Both the position numbers and the translations under genes were made by a program. Under the pieces are notes generated by a model, which ran no database searches, was not told the DNA's origin, and saw only the letters and a program-made list of their open reading frames with translations. From contig JBHGNT010000011.1 in NCBI GenBank assembly GCA_043228905.1, positions 6,510,001 to 6,574,000 of the forward strand: a stretch of 64,000 nucleotides of DNA, read 5' to 3'. This document shows, piece after piece, positions 23,601 through 35,485 of this stretch. The DNA is from Azolla caroliniana (taxonomy: Eukaryota; Plantae; Polypodiophyta). How positions within the stretch are numbered: position 1 is the stretch's first letter; each line of letters opens with the position of its first letter.

Positions 23601-24515
23601 TGTCGTATTGTATTTCGCACACTACGCGAAAAATTACATTTTTGGTTTCTCCGGATAGGATATGGAGTACCCAGTGAGAACCGGAAGAAAGAACCGATGA
23701 GGACCGAAACCGGTAAGGAGACCGTGAAGAGCCGGATGAAGAAGGCCGGTGAGAGTCGGTGAGAAACGGACGAAGAGGACGAAGAGGACCGGTAAGGAGG
23801 ATTCGGTAAGAACCGGATAAAGAAAACCGGTGAGAACCGGATGAAGCAGAACCGGCAAGAGCCGGATGAAGAAGGCCGGTGAGAGTCTCTCACCAGATGA
23901 AGAGACATATTTGTAAATAGAAGAAAGTATAAAATTATATATTACATGCATAGGGAAGATTCGAACCTTGCACCTCCATGTTAATAATGTTAAGCCTTAT
24001 CATTATACTAGCGTATTATGAATTTTTAAGTTATACTAAACTTTATCCCATGTAAAATTTCTAGACATGCATGGTACAAAAAGTTATTCATGCATAGACA
24101 CTCGAGTTAAAAGAAAAGATGAGATAGGAAGCTAATCATGCACATGTAGTGTGCATGAAAACTAAAGATAGGAAAAGCATGATGCTTGCATGTGATAAAC
24201 TTAGACTCTTCCAACACTATATAAGGAAGAGAGGAAGATGTATAGAGGTTGTTGATTATTTTACAAGGATTTTTATCAATCTAATATATTCGTGGGATTC
24301 ACGATTTTTTTCCTTCTATTTCTCTCTTACATTCTAAGTATCAATTAATACACTATACTCGTGGGATTCACGAGGTTCATATCTTCTTTCAAATATTTCT
24401 CTTTCTTGCAATCGATTCATAAGGAGCCTTATCTCATATTCTTCTTTCTCCTAGTCCAAAACCTCAGCGGTTCCCACCCAACTCACGCAACGATCTGGAG
24501 CCGAAAGGCACGACA
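23601..24515 (+). mobile_element. Complete family A 3' LTR (915 bp)
   Basis: TGTCGT...ACGACA, preceded by the PPT GGAGGGGGCGAG. Confidence 0.95.
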
Positions 24516-27500
24516 ACGTGTTTAGTGTATTCAATCAATATTTATTGTAAGAAAGAGAATTTTAATGATAAACTCGTGAATCCCACGAATTTATTAGATT
24601 GATCAATCCTTGTAAAATAATCAACAACACCATACATCTTTCTCTCCTCCTTATATAAGGATGGAAGAGGCTAAGCATAACTTCATGCTTTTTCTAAAGT
24701 GTTCATACACACTAAATGTGCACGAGTAATATTTTATTGGTGTACATTTTTCTTATAAATAAAGTATTCACGCATTCTAGAAATGCATGAATTGCCTTTT
24801 AATAAAGGTAGGCGTAAATAAAGGTCTTATACGTATTAAATCTATACTTAAAACACTTAGGATAAGTTAGTACAATGGTAAGGTTGGGGTTTATCTACGT
24901 GGAGGTACAGGGTTTGAATCCTGCTCTATGCATGTAATAAATATTTTCTTCTATTTCACAAATTTGTCTCTTCAGTGAGAGACTCTCACCGGCCTTCTTT
25001 CTCCGGCTCTTGCCGGTTCTTACCGAGTCCTCCTTACCCATCTGCTTCGTCTGTTCTCACCGACTCTTACCGGCCTTCTTCATCCGGCTCGTGCCGGTCT
25101 GCTTTGTCCCATCCGGAGGGACCAAAAATTCAATTTTCTCATAGTGTGCGATTTACACTACGACACTCGCCCCCTCCAAACGCGCACATCCTCTGGTATG
25201 TGCCGAAGTTTCCAATGCTTATTATTCGCCTTCATCCGTAACACTCTCCGATTCTCCCCTTATGTCGACTACGAGTTGAAGTCCACTTTCTTCGCTTTCT
25301 GCATCACCACACTCTTTATCCGGTTGCTCCTCATTGTCAGTCTTGTCTAGGGTTACATAAGGTTCGTCGTCAGTCCGCTTCATGAAGATCTTTACCCGTT
25401 TCCCCGCTATAGGCACTCGTAGTATCGTTCCATCCAACTCGCATAGGCGGTAAGTTCCGTTATTGAAAACTTTCCGAACTTCGTATGGCCCAAACCACCT
25501 TTTCGCGAACTTCTGTATCGTTTTATGTTGATGATCCAAACTACTATCATAGACAATCACCCAATCTCCTTCTTCAATCTTCCGTGGTCGTAGTCGGTGC
25601 TTTGTTCGAACCAGCTTTTGTTCCGGAATTGCGCTTCTTGTTGTCGGCGTGTTGCTTCCTCTATGTCTTCCGGTCTTCCCTCAAGTTGTCGTATCCGGAC
25701 CGCTAGTAGTTCTTCCCAACTCATCTCTTCCTTCCACGGTAGCATTGTCCATGTCGCGATCGCGGTCTCCGTCGGCATTACCGGTGCTTGTCCGGGCATA
25801 AGTTCTGTCGGCAGATAACCGATTACGGAGCTATGCGTCGTCCGATCCGCCCATAGTGCATACGGGAGCATCTGCAGCCAATCCTTCACCCTTCCGTCGC
25901 ATGCTTTGGCAAGTGCTTTGACGATCGGACTATGTCCTCGTTCGATTTTCCCGTTGGCCTCCGGATTGTATTCCATTGTTAGTGTTAACCGAACTCCATG
26001 TTTGGTGAAGAATTCCCTAGCTTTATCAGAGTCGAGTTCTCCCCGATCCGCAATCACTTGTCCTACGCACCCATACCTGCAAAACACCTCCTCCAAAAGA
26101 AATTGGCATACCGCAGAACACATTTTCCTTTGTAGCGTCCGACCTTCTACTTGGTTTGTGAGATCTTCCCAAGCTAACACCAAGTACTTCTTTTGTCCGA
26201 TCCCGATTGGCATGTTTACAATGTCGACCATCCATTTGAAGTTGATTGTCGATGAGAATGTCGGATGTAACTCATCTCGGTGTCGAACTCCAGAGTAGAT
26301 TTGACACTTTTCGCAGCTTTCCGTGAACTCCGCAATATCTTTGTACATGTTCTTCCACCAATATTTTTGTTTGATTTTCACAAAAGTTGCCCATGTTCCT
26401 CGATGTCCAGCCCAATCAGATTCATGAAACTTGGACATTATCCGGTTTCATTGTTCTTTCATCCCGACTACCCAAAGTGGTATGCCATCCGGTCTTTTTG
26501 GCTCCCTCCATATTAATCCATTTTTCAAGAAGAACTTTTGGACTTGCCGCTTCTTACTTCGGATCTCGGCTCTCCTCTTTATTATCCGATGATTCCTCGA
26601 TTTCTTGTAGCACTTTCCCGATCAGCAAGCTTTCTCCCTTGTATTCTTCTTCCTGGAATTCTCGGATTACGTTCACCCGGCATAGGTGCTCCGAAGCAAA
26701 GTAGTCTTTGGAAACTTCTTCATTATCGGATTCGGTTATGTCGTCTCCGAACCGCGCCCTTGATAGCATATCCGCTACCGCGTTGTCTTTTCCGGAGATG
26801 TGTCGCACCTCCGGATTAAGTGACTTAACATATGCAATCCACCTTAGCATAGCCACATCTGGTATCCTGCAACACCACATCATCCCAAGTATCGGAAGAC
26901 AATCCGTTTCGATCACTACTTCGGCTCCGATCAAATAATCTCGATCCGATTTGATTGCCGACACGACTCCCCATAATTCTCTTTTGACTTGTGCATATCC
27001 GCATTGCCTTTCATTGAGAACCTTTGCTCCGAATCGGATTGGATATCGCAAACCATCCGAGTCGGCTTGATTGATGACCCATCTGATCCCGGTTGGACTT
27101 GTATCAACCGTTACTATGATCGGTCGCTCATAGCTTGGCTTCTTAAGTGCTTCAGCCCTCCGTAATGTTTTCTTGAGCTTCTTCATGGCTTTGGTGTGTT
27201 CCGGTTTCCATTCGAACTTCTTCCCCTTCCACAATAAGTGATAGAGTGGGTCGGCAATATGTGCATAGTGTGGAATCCATATGTGATCAAATGCACAAGC
27301 TCCAAGAAACCTTCAGACTTCAGATTGTGACTCGCATACTTCTTTCATAGCTTGAATCACATCGATCTTGGTTGGTGACGGTCTTCGGTTGTAGGGTCCA
27401 CATAGATGTCCGACTACCAATATTTCTTCTTGCCCGAATGTCGATTTCCCCCCAGAAAGTGTTAGGTGCACATCTTCTAACTTTCGAAGCACTTTCTCGC

Positions 27501-30500
27501 AATCACGAATATGGTCGACTACGAACTTTCGGCATCCCCGATCATCCATAGCTTCATCATTTTCTTCTACCGTGCATCCTTTCATCGGAATGTCATCTAG
27601 GAACGGCATCATTATCTCCGGAATGCAATCTCAAAGCACCTTGTTCATCGCGTTCATCATATGTGCAACCAAGTTTGTCGCTCCTTGTGGTAGTGTGCAC
27701 ATTCGGACTAATCCTATCGGTGTCCGCATGGTAGTGATGTCTCGGCTCTCCACGGCTAGTTGGAATTGGTCATACCCCGAGTATAGGTCTCCAATGGAGT
27801 ATATCGCATGACCGGCAAATGCTTCCGCAAATTCGTCCACTATCGGACAGACTCCTGAGTTCCGGATCGTGACCTTGTTCACCAGTTGCAAGTCTTGGAT
27901 AAATCGAAGTGACCCATTCTTCGTCGGAACCATCAACCATCGATTTGAGTACGGAGTGTTTGATGACTCTAGAATCTCCATCGCCACCTTCTCCTTGATC
28001 AAGTCGATGATTTTGGGAATATGCGCCCGCGGCACCGGAATCGGCTTCAGGTTCCATGGCACATAGTCAATCGTGAAGATCACCATCGGCTCCACTATCT
28101 TCGGATCAAGAACCCTATCTCCTTCGATGTGAATGCAAATGCTTTCCCATGTTGTTCCAACATCCCACGGAATCGTTCTTCTTCTTTTTGTAAAAGGAAA
28201 TCACCTCCACTGATCCGAAGTTTCTTCCAGGTCTCATCCGTGAAGGCATGTCCGATATCCACGGACTTCGGAAGTGTCGGATCTCCTGAGACTTCTTTCC
28301 TCTTTTGGTCGCTATAGGCGGGTAACGGTCCCGCGACCGGTTTCACTTTCTTCTCCACGGTCTTGTATTTCGTACTTACCATTTCTTCTTCTTTACGGAG
28401 TGCATTCGGCCCCATTTTCGCAATGATCTCGTACATCTCGACGGATTCCACCGGGACTACCCGGTCTCCTTGGCTTTTATCCTCCACAAGCTCTTCAAGC
28501 CATTGTAGCGTGCTCCCATAGAACACTTCTTCAACTACCCCCACGATTTCTTCGTCTCCTTTTATTATTGATGCCGACCGCAACTTATCCTCTACTTTTC
28601 GGTATTCTTTCTTCTTTCCTCCCGTTACGACCGTGTACATAGATGCCCCATCCGGACCGATTCGTACTTGTTTTGGTCCGAGAGTTTTCTTCCTGTGTGG
28701 GGTATCAAGGCTTCTCGGACTATCACTTCCCCACTCTGCAACAGTCTGCTCTAAAAATCCATCCTTGTTTGGGACAAGAGCTCTCTCTTGTTCCTTTCAT
28801 GATTTGCCGGCACAATTAGGAATTGGACGGATTTCCCTCCGCTTCGGCTCCGAATTCGTGCGAAAGCCGCACCGCTATCGAGCACCTTTGTCTCCATCCG
28901 TGAAGCCGTGATAAAGGGTTGCCCAAGGATCACGGAATGTGAGACCCGGTCTTGTACGAAGAAATTTTGGTCGATCTCGACATCCCCGATCTTCACCGTC
29001 ACATCCGGACAAGCCGCAAATAGATCTTCCGTTGCTTTAGTGGCTGCCCGTATCTTCCATCCATGGTTAGTGTTTATAGGCCACTTCCCCTTCCGGTAGA
29101 ACTCCTTGGACATCAAATTGATCTCCGTTCCGTGATCAATCAATGCTAGCACGGGCTCTTTGATGTTGCCGATTTGGACCGGAGTCTCCGTAGTTGCACG
29201 TGCCCAGTGTGGCCTTGTATAGTGGGAGTTCGGAATTTCATCCTCCACTTCGGTGTCATTCATTAAAACCGTGTTCGCATTTACCCTTGCAGCATTTTCC
29301 TCTGTATTTTATCTTTTTCTCTTCACGAGATCCACAAGAAGGTCGTGGAACTCCTTCTTCGCTATTCCGAGTAATTCCCGAAGCGAAAATTCCACCCGAC
29401 TATCAAGGATTCTCTCTTCAAACACCTTCTTTAGGTCCGTCTGTTGTTCGATGTCCGAAGCGAGTTTGAATGCAGGAATTGTTTTTCCTTTCCCCTTCCT
29501 TCGGAGTTCCAGCTCTCCGGCGTCTTTGATGGTCCGGCCGCATCATCTGTGCGCCGTCGTTTTCCATCCACATACACTTCATGCAATTGACATAGCGCAT
29601 GTACGCTATTCTTATCTACGGGGCACTCCCATCCCGTAGCTTCCCGGATACATTCCGCGGCGCTTTGGATTTCATCATGGTCGGCTTTCTTCGAAATTTC
29701 TAGCACTTCTGGCCAAAAAGACGCCTTTGCTCCAGATGACTCCCCCACACGTATTCCCGCGGTTGTCACATAGTTGTTTTTCGCCGCGATCTCCTCCTCT
29801 AGGACCTTCTTCATGCCGCCTTTTCGGAAGTTCGGTCGGAGTGGCTTCTGAGAGTCCATCGAATGGATCCAATTTCCCTCGTAGTAGATAAGATCCCGTC
29901 GTAACGCCTCCTTGTGCTCGCCGCAATCCCCGATCATGTTTGGTGCTATCACACTATATACACCGACGGTCCATATACTTGGAACTTGTGGGACAGTCAT
30001 CCACCTTCTTCACCATCATGATTTTTAGATTCTCCATCTCCTTCAGCAACTGCTCCACCGTGGTTGCGTCGATTCCCTTCTTGGTCGTAATCTCCCAAGC
30101 CCGCGGTTGATGGTCTTCCAATCCGGATCTCGGTTCTGGAATCGGTTCCGAAACCCTCTTTTCTTCATTAGCAAGCCATTGCCCCCTCTTTGTGTATCGT
30201 GCGATGATATCTCGCACGTTATCCCATGTATCGGTGAGGCCACTCTCAGTGGTCGTGTCCTCCAAAAGCACTCCAATGTCTTTCCGGTCCCGGATGTCCA
30301 CGGCTCGTAGGAACATGATCACTTTGTCCGGTGCGAGGATAGCTTGATCTCTCACAGACAACCTCCCGAACCGACTTTCGAATGACGAAAACACATCGAG
30401 GACCTTCATCCCCTTATCCGGTGTTTCCACCCAATCTTCGAATCCCCTCCTTGTTGCCTTGGAGGAGTCCTCGATGGCGAACGTGATCTTTAGCGCCTCT

Positions 30501-30966
30501 TCAAATGCCTCCCACGTCGGATTTTGTTGCCGTATCCCGTGGATACTCCATTGAAGCTCGTCTAGAAATGCATGAATTGACTTTTAATAAAGGTAGGCGT
30601 AAATAAAGGTCTTACACATATTAAATCTATATTTAAAACACTTAGGATAAGTTAGTACAATGTAAGGTTGGGGTTTATCTACGTGGAGGTATAGGGTTTG
30701 AATCCTTCCCTATGCATGTAATAAATATTTTCTTCTATTTCACAAATTTGTCTCTTCATCCGGTGAGAGACTCTCACCGGCCTTCTTTATCCGGCTCTTG
30801 CCGGTTCTTACCGGGTCTCCTTACCGGGTCCTCCTTACCCATGCGCTTCGTCCGTTCTCACCGACTCTCACCGGCCTTCTTCATCTAGCTCTTGCTGGTC
30901 TACTTCGTCCCATCCGGAGGGACCAAAAATGCAATTTTCTCATAGTGTGCGATTTACACTACGACA
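24516..30966 (-). mobile_element. Family A Ty3/gypsy element, minus-strand copy with two truncated LTRs
   Basis: 3' LTR 24516-25165, PPT 25166-25177, and gag/PR/RT/RH/IN ORF fragments paralogous to the plus-strand copy. The partial 5' LTR 30561-30966 is fused to gag. Confidence 0.95.
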
Positions 30967-31007
30967 CTATGTTGGTATAACAGTCCCCGGTCCTAAAACT
31001 TATAACC

Positions 31008-33770
31008 GGAGGTGGATCGGCGATCCAATGCATCACCAGCCCAGTCAACATTTGTATATCTGACTAGCTTCCCGGCTATTTTGTGTTGGTATAACAGTCC
31101 CCGGTCCTTCATGCCACTAACAGACTGGAGTATCCGGTGTGCGCACTGAAGGTGCTCGACGGTCGGCTTCTACCTGAGCTGGCTGATCACTCTGACTAGA
31201 TAACTGATGTCGGGTTAGGTGATTGTCAGTAGATAAGGCTTCTGACAATTTGTCGGAATCGTTTCTCATTGCAGGCCGGTATGGAGTCGGGACGTAGCTT
31301 CAGGTTCTAGTCCAGGGGTGTAGGGATCGGTCGGCATTCCGTCATGCCAAACTTGTACAACATATTTAACACATAATGGTGTTGTGAGAGCAATATGCCA
31401 TCGAGGGTTCATATCACCTCGATCCCAAGAAAATAATGAAGGTCCCTAGGTCCTTCATTTCAAACGCGTCCGATAGCTGGGACTTCACTCGGCCGATTTC
31501 ATTGAGTCCGGGTCCGGTGATGACTAAATCATCTACATAAAGCAAAATGCAAACCGAACCGTCCGAACCATTCCGGATGAACAATGAAGAGTTGGACTTT
31601 GAGGCCGCAAACCTCGTCTTACGCAACGAGTGCATGATCTTCGCATTCCAAGCTCGGGGGGCTTGCTTCAGACCGTAAAGCGACTTCTTGAGTCGGCACA
31701 CTGCCGACTTGTTCATCTCTGATTGGAAACCGGGGGGTTGGATCATATAGACCCGTTCTTCAAGATCACCTTGAAGAAATGCATTCTTCACGTCCATTTG
31801 GTGAAGATGTCATCCCCTTGCCGAATCAACCGTCGGTACCACACAAACCGTCGTCATCTTCGCTACTGGAGCGAATGTCTCGTCATAGTCGATTCTGTGG
31901 GTCTGTGCGTATCCCTTCGCCACTAACCGGACCTTGTACCAGTTGACCGAACCGTTGACGTTGTCCTTTACCTTGTACACCATAACAGCACATCAATTTG
32001 CGTCTTTCATTGCTTCTATGTAGCTCTCCGGCTCACGCACTTCCGCCACCTTAGTCATGTACACATAGTGATGCGCCATGTACTCATTGTACCCGTACCT
32101 CATGACAGTTTTGTTTCGAAGGGTTGACCGGCGTAAGTTTTCATTACTTGGTTTAAGGCCCTTCTTGGCCGGTTCAGACTTCCTTTATGAAGATCCGCCT
32201 TCTTCCTTTCCAGAGTCGGATTCACGCCGATCCGACCCTCCATTGCCGATATCATATTCCGACATCTTCTTCTTCCCCTTCTCTTTGCGCGTGAACCGAC
32301 TCCTTGGTTCCTTGCGCGGAGAGAGCACGGTAGAGTCTCCACTACTCGCCGGTTCTTCATCCGACTGGTCATCCCGACTCAACCGCTCATTCAACCCACT
32401 TAGCCGGAATGAGATCGGACTCTAATCTAGAGTGTTGAGGTCTTCATCTTCTTCTTGGACCTCCTTGGGCTCACTAGCCTCATCTTCTGGAATCAGGTCT
32501 TAATCGGGAGTTGGAGTCGGTAGGGAGTACCATGATGCCGACTCATCAAACTCGACATCTCGACTTACTCGTACCTGTTTAGTTCGGGGATTATAACACT
32601 TATACCCCTTCTACTCATGCGAGTAACCGACTAGGATGCACTTCTCAGACTTCGGATCTAGCTTCCTCCGCTTCTCATCCGGTACATGCACATATGCTAT
32701 GCTACCGAATATCTGAAGGTGCCTCAAATTCGGCTTCCGCCCGAAATACATCTCATGTGCTGACACCTTGTTTCTGATCGGGTTTTGGATGTAAACGGTC
32801 ATTCGGACCGCCTCAGCCTAGTAGAATTGGGGCATGCTCTTCTCCTCCAACATTGCCCTTGCCGCGTCGACAATCGACGGGTTCTTTCTCTTGGCCACAC
32901 CATTTTGTTCCGGTGTGTATCAGCAACTGAATTCTCTCCGAATTCCGTTCTGCTATAGATAATTGTTGAATTGGCCAGAAAAGTATTCTTTTCCACCATC
33001 CGACCACAGGCACTTGCTCTTCCTCTCCGTTTCCCTTTCAACTAAGCTTTGAAGGTTCCGGAAACAGTCAAAGACTTCGCTTTTCTTCTCGATGAGATAG
33101 ATCCACGTGTGTGGGCTGTAGTCGTCGTTGAAGGAGATGAAATACCGACTCCCGCCAAGACTAACATTCTGTGCTAGTCCCCATACATCCGAATGGATTA
33201 GATCAAGCTTGTTATGGCTCTAGTTTCATTCGGTGGGGAATGGAAGCCGGTGTTGCTTCCTGAGTTGGTAGGCTTCACAAATTTCGGCTTTCTGGCCGCT
33301 AAATTTCGGCAAACCGACAACAACTTGTTTCGATTGCAGGTATTGAAGCCTCTAGCAATTGACGTGGCCGATCCACTTGTGCCACAAGTCAATGTCCAAC
33401 TTGACCTTCTGCCCTTTCGCCAACATAGTGGTGCCAATGTCATTAGTGTTGAGGATGAACATCCTCCCTTCTCCGTGCCCTTGCGCAATTATCCGGCCTT
33501 CTTCCTCGATGAAGAACCCGAGGTGCGTAAACCGCACCTGCATTCCCTGGTCGACGATTTGTCCAACCGATCCCAGGTTCTTTGTGATAGTCGGAACGTG
33601 TAATACGTTCATCAGCTTCCCCTTTGGTCCGACATGGGTTAAAGGGACTTCTCCGACATGCACAATCGGGTGAGGGGTGTCGTCTCCGGTTTCGACAATC
33701 CCTGGTTGTTCCGGTTTCTCCAAAAAAGAGAACCACTCTTCATGGCTCGTCATGTGGTTGGATAAACCCA
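31008..33770 (-). pseudogene. Ty1/copia pol (PR-IN-RT), degenerate with deletions
   Basis: Motifs SNHMTSHEEW, LWHKWIGHVN, KLDPKSEKCILVGYS, MDVKNAFLQG and LLYVDDL. Confidence 0.93.
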
Positions 33771-34295
33771 CGGGTATAGTGTATTAATCAACACTTAGAT
33801 AATAATATGAATTTAGATCAAAAGAAAGAGATAAAAAACTTGTGAATCCCCACAAGTATAGTTTATTAATCCTCCTTCTAAAAAATATTCAACAACATAT
33901 ACATCTTTCTCTCTTCCTTATATAGTGATGGAAGAATCTAAGTTTATCACATGCAAGCATCATGCCTTTTCTAACTTTCGCTTTCATGCACACTACATGC
34001 GCATGATTAGCTTTCTATCACATCTTTTCATTTAACTCAAGTGTGTATGCATGAATAACTTTTTCTATCATGCTTATCTATAATATTTACATGGGATAAA
34101 GTTTTGTATAACTTTAAAACTCATAATATGCTAGTACAATGGTAAGGCTTAAAATCGTTAACATGGAGGTACAAGGTTCCAATCTTGCCCTATGCATGTA
34201 ACATAATTATTGTAGTATTTTCTCCTATTTCTTTATACTTAGTCAATCGGGTACTCCACACATATTTTACGTAGTGTACAAAGTACACCATGACA
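33771..34295 (-). mobile_element. Partial family A-related LTR inserted in a chromoviral integrase
   Basis: Reverse-complement similarity to 17040-17460. Terminus ...CATGACA at 34295. Lacks the CCGG-rich repeat block. Confidence 0.85.
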
Positions 34296-35485
34296 ACGCT
34301 GGAACAATATCTTCGGTGTTTTCTAAGCTATCATCAAGATGACTTGGAGGATATTCTCCATTTCGCCGAATTTGCGTATAATAACTCTGTCCACTCATCG
34401 ACTAAGGTCACACCATTTTATGCTTATACGAGCTATCATCCCCAGTGGTGTGTTTTCGAAACTCCGGAGTTACCCACAAATCCTTGTGCAGAGGATCGTT
34501 TGGAGTGGCTACGCAAGATACAGGCAGATTTATCTACTCATTTACAACAAGCTCAACAAACACACAAGGATTATGTGGATCGTCATCGGCTTCCATCCAG
34601 TTTTAACATTGGAGATTGGGTATGGCTATTACGACGACACATCAAGACTACTTTGCCCATGCGATAAATTGGATTATCGACAATTGTGTCCTTTCCGTAT
34701 TATCAGAAAAATTAATGATGTCGCTTTTCGTCACGATCTACCTCCGCAACTACGGATACATCCGGTATTTCATAGTTCTCTTCTAGAACCCTATCAGGAC
34801 AACACTATCCCAGGTCATATCAAACCCCCTCCACCCCCGATCGAACTTGAAGATGGACCTAACTACGAGGTTGCCGCCATCCTTGATTCCAAGATTGTTC
34901 GCAACAAGCTCTACTATTTGGTCGATTGGCTAGGATATAGTCCCAGCGAGCGTACTTGGGAACCAATAGAGAATGTGACCAATGCTCGTGCTCTTCTTGA
35001 AGACTTCCATCATCAATATCCAAACAAACCGGGTCCTCAATCCAAAACGACTCGTAAAACTCCTCATTTTAAAGGGGGGATAGTGTCATGATATGGCAAA
35101 ATTCAAACCCATGACCTTATGTTACATGGGTCGAGCTCTTGCCATTAAACTATACATTGTAATACAAAGGATATTATTTTCATTTATTATTTCACTATAG
35201 AAAATTGATGTATATTTTAGATTTCTCTGGAACATTCTAGAAACTTCAGGAGTACTCCTGAAAACACTATATAAGAGGCACAAGTCATTATTTCGAACTA
35301 AATCGGTTCAACGCTAGTCTTAAGCCTCCTAGCTACTACTGTATTCTCTTCACATAATATATATCTTTTGTTATCATCATTCTCTCTCTCTCTCTTTCCT
35401 TCTCTCGAGAGTTCTACACCTCTCTTAGTACTAATCCTCATCTTTTAGTACTAATTACTTCTCTGTCTTAGTATTGTTCCTGACA
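34296..35485 (+). mobile_element. Chromoviral (Tcn1-like) gypsy 3' end: integrase, chromodomain, PPT and 402-bp LTR (35084-35485)
   Basis: LEQYLRCF, AEFAYNNSVHSST, IHPVFHSSLLEPY, YEVAAILDS...YLVDWLGY...TWEP. PPT AAAGGGGGGATAG. LTR ends TGTCA...TGACA. Confidence 0.92.

Larger units (their letters stand above)
16394..24515 (+). mobile_element. Non-chromoviral Ty3/gypsy element, family A, plus-strand copy: IN tail-PPT-LTR-gag/PR-RT/RH/IN-PPT-LTR
   Basis: LTRs at 16705-~17593 and 23601-24515. Zinc knuckle CIWCDGTEH, protease LI(D)HGSEINL, RT PFLDD, RNaseH VDTSPTG, and integrase HHCC, YNPEANGKVER and WFGPY. Stops and frameshifts present. Confidence 0.95.
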
